From contig DAOTJS010000005.1 in NCBI GenBank assembly GCA_035448825.1, positions 6,096-70,095 of the forward strand: a DNA stretch of 64,000 nucleotides, read 5' to 3'. Shown here one piece after another: positions 1-8,540 of the stretch. Origin of the DNA: Fidelibacterota bacterium (GTDB lineage Bacteria; Fidelibacterota; UBA2242). Within the stretch, counting starts at the first letter, position 1; every line of letters starts with the position of its first letter. The notes beneath the pieces are model-generated. The model was not told the origin of the DNA and did no database searches. It saw nothing but the letters and a program-made list of their open reading frames with translations. The translations under genes and the position numbers were made by a program.

Positions 1-1192
1 TAACCGTTCTGCAAAAGAGCGCCCAGACTTACCACTTTCCTTTAAAATAATCGTAGAAAATCCTACCAAACAGGTTCGTAAAGACGCGATGGTTAGAATA
101 AATGTGGCTGACATAAAAGCCAAATACCCGGATTTTAATCCAGAAGCCTGGGCTGTTTTCGCCGGGGAGACGGAAATTCCATCTCAGGTGAATTTTGAAA
201 AAACCGAAATTTTATTCGTTACCGATTTTGCTCCTTCCGAGAAGAAAACCTTCACAATTCATTATGCTAAGGAAGGAACGATTACTCACAATTATCCCAA
301 GCGAACGCAGGCGGAATTATCTCATAAAGTCGGTGGACGTTTTGTTAATCGGATTTATGAAGGTGGACAATTTCAGAATGTAAAATATCTGCGGGTACCG
401 CCTGAACATACCGATCATTCCTTGTTCATTCGCTATGAAGGACCGGGATGGGAATCCGATAAAGTCGGCTATCGTTTTTATCTCGACTGGCGCAATGCCA
501 TAGACGTCTTTGGTAAGAAAGTACCCGATATGGTTTTACAAGAAATCGGCCAGGATGGCTTTGAATCGTATCATAGTATGTGTCCCTGGGGAATGGATGT
601 GCTGAAAGTCGGCGAATCGCTCGGTCTTGGTTCGTTGGGTATGTGGTATGAAGGTAAAGCCGAGCGGATTGCCGTCACTGACAGTGTAATTTGCGAAATT
701 TTACAGGATGGCATACTTGAATCGCGCATCCGTACCCGTTATTATGGCTGGCAAATCGGAGGTCAAAAATATGATTTGGTGTCCGAACTCTCGATTGCCG
801 CCGGTAGTCGCTTGACCCGTCACGATATCCAAATTAACGACGAGCCGCCCAATCTGTGTACCGGCATCGTGAAAATGGAAAACGTGTCGCTACTTAGTTC
901 GACTGATCAAAATCGTGACTGGATGTACTTTGCCACTTATGGTAAACAGAGTCTGGCGAATGACAAATTAGGATTGGCGGTGCTTTTCCGTCGCCAAGAT
1001 TTGATCCAGATAACCGATGATGAAAATAGCTATGTTGTGATTTTGAAACCGACGGCGGGGAAATTGACGTATTATTTCTTAGCCGCCTGGGAACAGGAGC
1101 CGGACGGCATTAAAACCGAAAGCCAGTTCGCAGATTATCTGAACGAAACGGTAGCAATACTGGATAACGAATTAATTATCACTATAAAATAG
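1..1192 (+). CDS. DUF4861-like protein (pectin/hexuronate-locus associated); N-terminus lies outside the window
   Basis: The frame of ORF 89..1192 is open from nt 2 (..SFKIIVENPTKQVRKDAMVRINV..), so the real start is upstream of the window. Blocks FIRYEGPGWESDKVGYRFYLDWRNAIDVFGKK and WGMDVLKVGESLGLGS match my recollection of DUF4861 proteins. It is adjacent to a uxaE-like gene. Confidence 0.6.
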   Translation, partial: NRSAKERPDLPLSFKIIVENPTKQVRKDAMVRINVADIKAKYPDFNPEAWAVFAGETEIPSQVNFEKTEILFVTDFAPSEKKTFTIHYAKEGTITHNYPKRTQAELSHKVGGRFVNRIYEGGQFQNVKYLRVPPEHTDHSLFIRYEGPGWESDKVGYRFYLDWRNAIDVFGKKVPDMVLQEIGQDGFESYHSMCPWGMDVLKVGESLGLGSLGMWYEGKAERIAVTDSVICEILQDGILESRIRTRYYGWQIGGQKYDLVSELSIAAGSRLTRHDIQINDEPPNLCTGIVKMENVSLLSSTDQNRDWMYFATYGKQSLANDKLGLAVLFRRQDLIQITDDENSYVVILKPTAGKLTYYFLAAWEQEPDGIKTESQFADYLNETVAILDNELIITIK

Positions 1193-1293
1193 AACAGCGT
1201 ATAACATTATTTTTCGGAATTTTTATTTTTTAAATTCACAAGAATTTGTAAATAAAGACCAGTTTTTTTAATTGCTAAAAGGAAATAGTCAAA

Positions 1294-2544
1294 ATGAAAT
1301 TAGGAAAATATTCGCTGGGAATAGGGGATCGCTTCGGGTATCAAGCAGAAGCCCAATTAACCGCAATAATCAAAGCCGCCGAAAAGGGCGTCCAGATCAC
1401 GCCGGTCTGGAATAAGTCGTTTCGCGAACATAATATCATCGGTAGTCAACCGGCGGATGTGCGCCGTTCGGCGGAGAAAGCGGTACGGGCTTTGAACTGG
1501 TCGCAGGGATATTTTGTTGATGCCGATCATATCAGTCTCAAAACTGTGCCCCATTTTATCGAATCGTCCGATTTCTTTACGTTGGATGTGGCGGATGCCA
1601 TCGGTGCTCCGGCAAGTGAAAACGATATTCAGGAATTTTTAAAATTTGCCGAAAAATATACGCGGCCATTTGAAATTCCAGGTATTCCGCAGAAAATCGA
1701 GGTCACTTCTAAATCCATCGAAAATATCGCCCGCAAGTACTTAGCGGCGGTACTATCCGCGGCCGATACTTATCACTACATTCAAGATAATTGTCAACAC
1801 GATTATGTCATTGAACTTTCCGTTGATGAAACTGACACGCCGCAAAGCCCGCTGGAATTATTTTTCATTTTGGCGCTGGCGGCCTGGCAGGAACTGCCGC
1901 TGGCTACAATTGCGCCGAAATTTTCGGGGCGTTTCAATAAGGGTATTGACTATGTCGGTGACCCGGTGAAATTTGCGGTTGAATTCGAGCAGGATGTCGC
2001 CGTGGTAAAATTTGCTGTCGGGGAATTTTCCTTGCCGGAAGGATTGAAACTCAGCGTTCACTCCGGCAGTGATAAGTTCTCGCTCTATCCGCATATTAAT
2101 CGTATTATTACCAAAACTAATGCCGGTCTGCATCTCAAAACTGCCGGAACGACCTGGCTGGAGGAACTGATTGGTTTAGCCACGGCTGATGGCGAAGGTC
2201 TGGAAATAGCGCGTGAAATCTATAGCCGGGCTTTTGAACATTATGAGGAATTAGTCAAACCCTACGCAACTGTTGTGGACATTGATCGAACGAAATTGCC
2301 AGCACCTTCGGTCGTCAATAGTTGGACTTCTCGCGAGTATGTAGCGGCTTTACGTCATAATCAGAATGAAAAAGCCTATAATCCGCATCTGCGCCAACTA
2401 TTGCACGTCGGCTATAAGATTGCGGCTGAGATGGGTGAGCGTTACCTTGCGGCTCTAAATAAATACGCCGAGTTTATTGCCCCGAACGTGACCGAAAATC
2501 TCTACCAAAGACATATCCAGCCGTTGTTTGGGATATATGGTTAG
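1294..2544 (+). CDS. uxaE: tagaturonate/fructuronate epimerase (UxaE family)
   Basis: 416-aa ORF. Blocks SVDETDTPQSP, FSGRFNKGIDYVGD, LSVHSGSDKFSLYP and LKTAGTTWLE match the Thermotoga UxaE family as I remember it. A purine-rich AAAGGAAA lies upstream of the ATG. Confidence 0.65.
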   Translation: MKLGKYSLGIGDRFGYQAEAQLTAIIKAAEKGVQITPVWNKSFREHNIIGSQPADVRRSAEKAVRALNWSQGYFVDADHISLKTVPHFIESSDFFTLDVADAIGAPASENDIQEFLKFAEKYTRPFEIPGIPQKIEVTSKSIENIARKYLAAVLSAADTYHYIQDNCQHDYVIELSVDETDTPQSPLELFFILALAAWQELPLATIAPKFSGRFNKGIDYVGDPVKFAVEFEQDVAVVKFAVGEFSLPEGLKLSVHSGSDKFSLYPHINRIITKTNAGLHLKTAGTTWLEELIGLATADGEGLEIAREIYSRAFEHYEELVKPYATVVDIDRTKLPAPSVVNSWTSREYVAALRHNQNEKAYNPHLRQLLHVGYKIAAEMGERYLAALNKYAEFIAPNVTENLYQRHIQPLFGIYG

Positions 2545-2558
2545 TTGATAACTTATTG

Positions 2559-3728
2559 TTATTTAAATATTGACAGAAAAACCCCGGCGGCGATAGCCGA
2601 ACCGATTACACCGGCGACATTCGGCCCCATAGCGTGAAATAGTAGGTGATTGTCTTTGTCGTAGCGCTGAGCATAAATATGAACCACCCGCGCTGAATCG
2701 GGAACCGCCGAAACACCCGCCGCTCCGATTAGCGGGTTGATTTTATCTTTCAAGAATAAGTTCATCAATTTGGCAAATAATAGTCCACCGGCCGTGGCGA
2801 TCACAAAAGAAAAAAATCCGAGGAAGAATATACTCAGCGCTCGCGGTGTTAAAAATCCAACATTGATGCCGTTAACGTAACGTGCGGCTTGGGTACTGGC
2901 CCCGACCGTAAAAGACAAAAGAATAGTGCAAGTATCCAAAATCGCCGTGCCGGCTGTTTTCGCCAGGCGATCGGTCACGCCGCTCTCTTTCAATAAATTG
3001 CCCAGCATCAACATACCTACTAATGGGATAGACCCCGGCACGATCAATGCTGATAAAATTGCGACGATAATCGGGAAGAGGATTTTTTCCTTACGAGACA
3101 CTCTGCGAGCTGGCTTCATCCGAATGCGGGCTTCTTTTTCCGTAATCAATAGTTTCATAACCGGTGGCTGAATCAGGGGAACGAGCGCAATATACGAATA
3201 ACCGGCAATTGCGATTGGTCCCAATAATTGGGGCGCAAGTTGAGATGCGAGAAAGATCGAAGTTGGCCCATCTGCCCCTCCGATTATACCGATTGAAGCG
3301 GCTTCCGGCGCCGAAAAGCCAAGAAGCAACGCACCAATAAAAGTGAGGAAAATGCCTAACTGAGCGGCGGCTCCCAGCAGAAGTGATTTCGGATTGGAAA
3401 TTAATGATGAAAAATCAGTCAATGCTCCAATGCCCAGGAAAATCAACGGTGGAAATACACCCGAAGTCACTAAATAATAAATCATACTGAAAACGCTGTT
3501 ACTCGAAGCGCCATTCTCGACTGTGTCGAAGACTCCAATTGCAATGGATGTAATGGAAGGGATATTGCCGACGATAATGCCGAATCCGATTGGCAAAAGC
3601 AGGAGCGGTTCGTACTTTTTGGCTATGGCAAAGTAAATGGCAATCAATCCGATAAAAATCATAATAATGTTACCGAGCTGAATATTGGCAAAGCCGGTCG
3701 TTTGTATAATTTTCAGGAAATTATCCAT
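2559..3728 (-). CDS. mmdB: Na+-translocating decarboxylase beta subunit (OadB/GcdB/MmdB family)
   Basis: 389-aa polytopic membrane ORF with Gly/Ala-rich helices (IGIIGGADGPTSIF, GAAGVSAVPDSARV). It is the last gene of the decarboxylase cluster. Confidence 0.9.
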   Translation of the reverse strand: MDNFLKIIQTTGFANIQLGNIIMIFIGLIAIYFAIAKKYEPLLLLPIGFGIIVGNIPSITSIAIGVFDTVENGASSNSVFSMIYYLVTSGVFPPLIFLGIGALTDFSSLISNPKSLLLGAAAQLGIFLTFIGALLLGFSAPEAASIGIIGGADGPTSIFLASQLAPQLLGPIAIAGYSYIALVPLIQPPVMKLLITEKEARIRMKPARRVSRKEKILFPIIVAILSALIVPGSIPLVGMLMLGNLLKESGVTDRLAKTAGTAILDTCTILLSFTVGASTQAARYVNGINVGFLTPRALSIFFLGFFSFVIATAGGLLFAKLMNLFLKDKINPLIGAAGVSAVPDSARVVHIYAQRYDKDNHLLFHAMGPNVAGVIGSAIAAGVFLSIFK

Positions 3729-3731
3729 CTG

Positions 3732-4208
3732 TCACTCCCCTGATTGCAAAATTATAAGGGTATCGCCTTCGTTGACGGAATCGCCGATGCGGACTTTAAT
3801 ATCTTTGACAATTCCGTCGCGACTGGTCTGGATCTCGTTTTCCATTTTCATTGCTTCCATAGTCAGGACGTGCTGACCAGCGCGGACAGTATCCCCGACT
3901 TTGACTAAAATATTTTGAATCAAACCCGGCAGAGGCGCTACCACGGCGGAGCTGTCAATCACTGATTTTGGCCGATGCAGCTGGGTTGGTGGCGTCACAC
4001 CGACTGGTTGAATGCCTGGTACGGCTGATTCAGGAACATTAATCAGTTTGGGTTTAATGTCTGCCACCTGATCGAGGCCCAGGTCTTTTAAGCCGACTTC
4101 ATAGGTGCGATCATTGACGGTTACGGAGGCGTGATAGGCGGTAATTTCATTGATAACTACTGTGTAGGGTTGGCCGTTTATTTCTAATTCTACTTTTTTT
4201 TCTTTCAT
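3732..4208 (-). CDS. mmdC: biotin carboxyl carrier subunit of methylmalonyl-CoA decarboxylase
   Basis: 158 aa with the C-terminal biotinyl-lysine motif LTMEAMKMENEI and a Pro-rich linker. It sits between the small membrane subunit and the beta subunit. Confidence 0.9.
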   Translation of the reverse strand: MKEKKVELEINGQPYTVVINEITAYHASVTVNDRTYEVGLKDLGLDQVADIKPKLINVPESAVPGIQPVGVTPPTQLHRPKSVIDSSAVVAPLPGLIQNILVKVGDTVRAGQHVLTMEAMKMENEIQTSRDGIVKDIKVRIGDSVNEGDTLIILQSGE

Positions 4209-4209
4209 A

Positions 4210-4563
4210 CTATTTCCTCAAGAATTGACTGGCGATTGAGCCGATTTTCCAATTGCTCTGCTGATTACCGCGTATAAATGTAATCTGGCTGGGTAACTGA
4301 TCGAAGTGGATTTTGCGATAAAGTTCAATTGTTGTAGCAATGGCGACTACATCTTCTTCTGGGATGGCGATGCGTTTGATTGACGCCGAATGTTTTTTAG
4401 TTGCGGGCGATGGCGATGAAGCCGCAATTTGGGCTTTCTGTTCTTTTTTGGCAAAATACCGGTTGAAAAGAGAAATAACGAATTCAATAATTACCAATCC
4501 GACAAATACGGTAATCAATCCACCAATACCGATTATGATTCCATTCAATAATTCCGGACTCAT
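4210..4563 (-). CDS. mmdD: small membrane anchor subunit of Na+-decarboxylase (OadG/MmdD-like)
   Basis: 117 aa. An N-terminal TM helix (IIIGIGGLITVFVGLVIIEFVISLF) is followed by an Ala/Ser/Lys linker. The position between the carboxyltransferase and the BCCP subunit is typical. Confidence 0.7.
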   Translation of the reverse strand: MSPELLNGIIIGIGGLITVFVGLVIIEFVISLFNRYFAKKEQKAQIAASSPSPATKKHSASIKRIAIPEEDVVAIATTIELYRKIHFDQLPSQITFIRGNQQSNWKIGSIASQFLRK

Positions 4564-4572
4564 TGCTTGCTC

Positions 4573-6123
4573 CTATAAAGGAATATTGCCATGTTTCTTA
4601 GATGGAAGAGTATCGCGCTTATTAGAAAGCATCTCCAGCGTTTTGATCAATTTGTAGCGCGTAATTTTGGGCTCGATCACTTCATCAATGTAGCCTTTGG
4701 AAGCGGCGACATAGGGATTGGCAAATTTTTCGCGATATTCTTCGACTTTTTCGGCAAAACGCTGTTCCGGATTTGCGGCAGTTTTGAGATCATGCGCAAA
4801 GATAATTTCTGCGGCGCCTTCCGGACCCATTACGGCTATTTCCGCACTTGGCCAGGCGAAGCTATAATCACCGCGCAGTTGGCGGGAATTCATAACGCAG
4901 AATGCGCCGCCGTAGCCTTTGCGCGTAATGACCGTGATTTTGGGAACGGTTGCCTCGGCAAAAGCATAGAGCAATTTCGCACCGTGCTTGATAATGCCAT
5001 TGAATTCCTGTGCGGTACCTGGCATAAATCCCGGCACATCTTCGAAAGTAATGATGGGGATGTTGAAACAATCGCAGGTGCGCACGAAACGAGCGGCTTT
5101 GTTCGAAGCGTTAGTATCAATAACGCCGGCTAGCGATCTGGGTTGATTGGCGACAATGCCGACGACTTTGCCGTTTAACCGGCCGAACCCGATCAGCATA
5201 TTAGGGGCATACAACGCCTGAACTTCGAGGAATTGGCCGTTGTCCAGAACTTTGGCGAGGATTTCCTTCATATCGTAAGGCTTATTGGGATTTTCGGGCA
5301 CGATATAGTTCAAGTCCTCGTCAATGCGATCAACCGGATCGGTCGGGGCAATCGCCGGTGGCTCTTCCATATTGTTCTGCGGTAAATAGCTCAGCAGTTC
5401 ACGGATACCGGCGAACAGACCTTGTTCGTCGTCATAGGTAAAATGAGTGATACCGCTTTTGCTGGCGTGGACGTCAGCACCACCCAGTTCATCGGCAGTG
5501 ACATCTTCATGGGTAACGGTTTTGACAATTTTCGGACCAGTCAGGAACATATAGGCTGATTTTCTGACCATAAAAATAAAATCGGTCAGAGCCGGTGAAT
5601 AAACCGCGCCGCCGGCACAAGGTCCAACAATAGCGCTGATTTGAGGAATAACACCTGAATAAAGTACATTCCGCAGGAAAATTTCAGTGTAACCAGCCAG
5701 CGAATCCACCCCTTCTTGAATTCGTGCACCTCCGGAGTCATTGATACCGATTAACGGAGCGCCGACTTTGGTAGCCATTTCCATAATTTTGACAATTTTT
5801 TCAGCGACGACTTTAGACAGTGAACCGCCGAAAATCGTGAAGTCAAAAGAATAAACGAATACGACTCGACCACTGATGGTACCATAACCGGTTACGACAC
5901 CGTCGCCGAGAAATTTCTTTTCAGCCATACCGAAATCGGTGCAGGAATGAGTGCGGAAGGCATCTATTTCCTCAAAACTGTTCGGATCGAGAAGTAATTG
6001 CAGGCGCTCGCGAGCAGTCAGCTTGCCGCGCTGATGCTGTTTTTCAATGGCTTCCGCACCACCGCCCATTCTGGCAAGTTCCATTTTATCTTTTAATTCA
6101 AGTAATTTGCGTTGACGACTCAT
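4573..6123 (-). CDS. mmdA: methylmalonyl-CoA decarboxylase alpha subunit (carboxyltransferase, PccB/AccD fold)
   Basis: 516 aa. The N-terminus GKLTARERLQLLLDPNSFEEID and the rest are typical of acyl-CoA carboxyltransferases. AAGGAG lies just upstream of the ATG. It is clustered with oadB-, oadG- and BCCP-like genes. Confidence 0.9.
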   Translation of the reverse strand: MSRQRKLLELKDKMELARMGGGAEAIEKQHQRGKLTARERLQLLLDPNSFEEIDAFRTHSCTDFGMAEKKFLGDGVVTGYGTISGRVVFVYSFDFTIFGGSLSKVVAEKIVKIMEMATKVGAPLIGINDSGGARIQEGVDSLAGYTEIFLRNVLYSGVIPQISAIVGPCAGGAVYSPALTDFIFMVRKSAYMFLTGPKIVKTVTHEDVTADELGGADVHASKSGITHFTYDDEQGLFAGIRELLSYLPQNNMEEPPAIAPTDPVDRIDEDLNYIVPENPNKPYDMKEILAKVLDNGQFLEVQALYAPNMLIGFGRLNGKVVGIVANQPRSLAGVIDTNASNKAARFVRTCDCFNIPIITFEDVPGFMPGTAQEFNGIIKHGAKLLYAFAEATVPKITVITRKGYGGAFCVMNSRQLRGDYSFAWPSAEIAVMGPEGAAEIIFAHDLKTAANPEQRFAEKVEEYREKFANPYVAASKGYIDEVIEPKITRYKLIKTLEMLSNKRDTLPSKKHGNIPL

Positions 6124-6145
6124 TTATGCTCCTTGTTTAATTTAT

Positions 6146-6284
6146 TTGACAAGATTAACTCCGAAGGAGTCTCTGATGAGACAAGATTGACATTTTACTA
6201 TTTTTGACAAGATTAACAAGATTGACTTTTTTTCTTTTGACAAGATTAACTCCGAAGGAGTCCCGCTTGGCGGGACAAGATTGA
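6146..6284. repeat. left-flank array: six copies of GACAAGATT(A/G)A plus two ACTCCGAAGGAGTC+hairpin units
   Basis: Motif copies start at 6148, 6180, 6206, 6216, 6239 and 6274. Composite units lie at 6153-6188 and 6244-6282. The array overlaps the 3' tail of the GxxExxY ORF. Confidence 0.85.
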
Positions 6285-6688
6285 TTTGATTGTTTTAATG
6301 ATCTTATTTTACGTTTTATTTCGACTTTCTCTTCTCCGAAATTTATTAGTAGTCCAATATTTATTCCGGTAGCTGTTAGGTAATTCACTAATTGAACTTC
6401 GTGACTTTTCGTCAAAGTAGCCACAGATTTTAATTCAACGATTATTTTTTCTTCAACAAAAAGGTCAGCAATAAAATGTCCGACAATTTGGTTATCATAA
6501 TAGACATCGATTGCTTTCTGAAATTCGGACTTCAAACCTGCTTTAGTCATTTCGATTATCAGAGCCTTTTCATAGACGGACTCTAAAAATCCAAATCCCA
6601 GGTTTTTATAGACTTTGTAAGCACAACCGATTATGGCGGCTGTCAATTCCTTCTCCTTGTATAACTCTTCGTGTATTTTATTATCCAT
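6155..6688 (-). CDS. GxxExxY protein (PD-(D/E)XK nuclease-like, PDDEXK_3 type) with a repeat-encoded C-terminal extension
   Basis: GFLESVY is the GxxExxY motif, and the body ..IADLFVEEKIIVELKSV..QLVNYL..GLLINFGEEKVEIKRKI matches the family. Family members are usually about 125-135 aa. The last ~45 codons here (VNLVKRKKVNLVNLVK..) simply translate the flanking repeat. Confidence 0.8.
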   Translation of the reverse strand: MDNKIHEELYKEKELTAAIIGCAYKVYKNLGFGFLESVYEKALIIEMTKAGLKSEFQKAIDVYYDNQIVGHFIADLFVEEKIIVELKSVATLTKSHEVQLVNYLTATGINIGLLINFGEEKVEIKRKIRSLKQSNQSCPAKRDSFGVNLVKRKKVNLVNLVKNSKMSILSHQRLLRS

Positions 6689-6718
6689 CTTAGTTCTAAA
6701 TATTAATAAACAACATGT

Positions 6719-6768
6719 AAATCTTGTTAATCTTGTCTAATTAATCTTGTCTAATTAATCTTGTCTAA
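6719..6768. repeat. right-flank array: the same motif in inverse orientation (TTAATCTTGTC), with three perfect 14-nt tandem copies
   Basis: TTAATCTTGTCTAA occurs three times at 6727-6768, preceded by a degenerate copy at 6719-6727. Bases 6755-6765 are the exact reverse complement of 6148-6158. Confidence 0.85.
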
Positions 6769-6770
6769 AA

Positions 6771-7175
6771 CTACCTCTTTTCCTCACAGATTTCAGTCAA
6801 GACCTTGCCAGTGGATTTCGGGTGCAGGAAAGCAATGCGAGTATGATGCGCGCCGCCTCTCGGCTTTTCGTCAATCAAGGCAACATTATGTTTTCTTAAA
6901 AATTGCAGTTCTCGTTCGATGTTGTCGCTTTGGTAAGCCAGATGATGCAAACCTTCGCCTCTTTTCTCGAGAAATTGGGCAATTGGACTATCGGGCGCGG
7001 TGGCTTCGAGTAATTCGATCCGGGTTTCACCGACCTGAAAGATGGCGGTTTTGACTTTCTGATCGGCAATTTCTTCAATGCCGACGAACTTTAATTGCAA
7101 AATATCCCGGTAAAACGGAATGTGTTCAGCGATTGAATTGACCGCAATGCCGATGTGGTTGAGTTTTTTTATCAT
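6771..7175 (-). CDS. mce: methylmalonyl-CoA epimerase (VOC/glyoxalase fold)
   Basis: 134 aa: LNHIGIAV..ETRIELLE..GEGLHHLAY..RIAFLHPKS. The context is the mutase genes. Confidence 0.9.
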   Translation of the reverse strand: MIKKLNHIGIAVNSIAEHIPFYRDILQLKFVGIEEIADQKVKTAIFQVGETRIELLEATAPDSPIAQFLEKRGEGLHHLAYQSDNIERELQFLRKHNVALIDEKPRGGAHHTRIAFLHPKSTGKVLTEICEEKR

Positions 7176-7179
7176 AGAA

Positions 7180-8130
7180 TTAGGAGTCCTTTAATAATTG
7201 ATTAATTTGAGAATTGATCAAGGCATAAGGCGCTTGCTTTTGTTTTCCGATTTGTTGAGCCCATTGCGTGATTTTTTGGTCAATTTGCAGATGTTTTTCA
7301 GCCATTTGGTGGATTTTGGTGTTGACGATTTTTCTGACTTCGTTTTCGATCCGCTGTTGACGGCGAGTTGCCAGCCGTCCGTCGGCCTGCATTCGGGCAA
7401 GGTAATCGTCAATAGTTTGGAGTGTTTCCGGTAAGCCTTCATTGTGAATCGCTGAAGTTAATAGAACCGGATTTATTGCGGATTCATTACTGATTGACTT
7501 GAGGTGGAGGACATACTCGACTTCGGCTTTGAGTTTGAGAGCGCCGTCGAGGTCTTTTTTATTGATAATGAAAATATCACCAATTTCCATGACGCCGGCT
7601 TTCATCGCCTGAATTTCATCACCCGCTCCCGGCACCAGAACGAGCATAACGATATCAGCCAGTTCGACGACTTCGATTTCAGCTTGCCCGACACCAATGG
7701 TCTCAATCACGATTAAATCATAGCCGGCGGCATCCAAAATTTTAATAGTGTCAGCCGTGGCAGTGGCAATGCCACCTAAATGTCCGCGCGAAGCCATCGA
7801 GCGGATGAAAACGCCTAAATCGGTGGCATGTCTTTGCATGCGTAAACGATCACCGAGAAGCGCTCCGCCAGTAAACGGTGAACTGGGATCAACCGCGACT
7901 ACCGCCACCGTCCGGTTTTGAGCCCGCAAATTGGCGATAAGACCATCCAGCAAAGTGCTTTTTCCACTGCCGGGTGCGCCAGTGATTCCCCAAACTACTG
8001 CCCGATTGGTGTGCGGGAAAATTTCGTCAATTAATTGTTCGCGGTCTCTGCCGTCATTTTCTACAATAGAAATGGCACGACCGATGCTCCGCTGGTCGCC
8101 TTTCAAAATTTTTTCAGCCAATTCGCTCAA
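7180..8130 (-). CDS. meaB: methylmalonyl-CoA mutase-associated GTPase MeaB (ArgK family)
   Basis: 316 aa with P-loop GAPGSGKST, then [16 protein letters not shown] and NKKD. A 4-nt overlap with the upstream mutase subunit gene. Confidence 0.92.
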   Translation of the reverse strand: MSELAEKILKGDQRSIGRAISIVENDGRDREQLIDEIFPHTNRAVVWGITGAPGSGKSTLLDGLIANLRAQNRTVAVVAVDPSSPFTGGALLGDRLRMQRHATDLGVFIRSMASRGHLGGIATATADTIKILDAAGYDLIVIETIGVGQAEIEVVELADIVMLVLVPGAGDEIQAMKAGVMEIGDIFIINKKDLDGALKLKAEVEYVLHLKSISNESAINPVLLTSAIHNEGLPETLQTIDDYLARMQADGRLATRRQQRIENEVRKIVNTKIHQMAEKHLQIDQKITQWAQQIGKQKQAPYALINSQINQLLKDS

Positions 8131-8531
8131 TTTTCGATTTTGCTCCGACAGGATTCAATAAAATCTATGACAGCTTTAATTGGCGTCCCGGGTGTAAAAA
8201 TGGCGGCTAATCCTTTTTCCTTTAAACCGGGAATATCACTTTCTGGGATAACGCCACCGCCGAAAACAATGATGTCGTCAGCCTGATTTTCACGTAAAAG
8301 TTCGACAACTCGCGGGAAAAGCTCATTGTGAGCCCCGGACAACAGGCTGAGACCGACGAAGTCAACATCTTCCTGAATAGCAGTTTTGACAATGGCTTCC
8401 GGTGTCTGACGAATTCCGGTGTAGATTACCTCATATCCGGCATCTTTCAGAGCGCGGGCGATGTACTTGGCGCCGCGGTCGTGTCCATCCAGCCCGGGTT
8501 TGGCAATTAATATTCTGATCTTTTTAGCCAT
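8127..8531 (-). CDS. methylmalonyl-CoA mutase, cobalamin-binding small subunit
   Basis: 134 aa with the DxHxxG motif (LDGHDRGAK) and a Rossmann-like B12-binding domain. Confidence 0.92.
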   Translation of the reverse strand: MAKKIRILIAKPGLDGHDRGAKYIARALKDAGYEVIYTGIRQTPEAIVKTAIQEDVDFVGLSLLSGAHNELFPRVVELLRENQADDIIVFGGGVIPESDIPGLKEKGLAAIFTPGTPIKAVIDFIESCRSKIEN

Positions 8532-8540
8532 ATTGAATCC

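Noticed and set aside
4591-5133. A 180-aa plus-strand ORF antisense to mmdA. Similar antisense ORFs occur within thrB/thrA (21313..21846), fhs, argJ, the mutase and murE.
   Set aside because: Each lies entirely within a strongly supported gene on the other strand. None has a recognisable motif.
6173-6180. A CTGATGAG string resembling the hammerhead ribozyme core.
   Set aside because: No following stem II, GAAA or stem III elements are present. The string is simply the loop region of a short GTCTC/GAGAC hairpin within a repeat unit.
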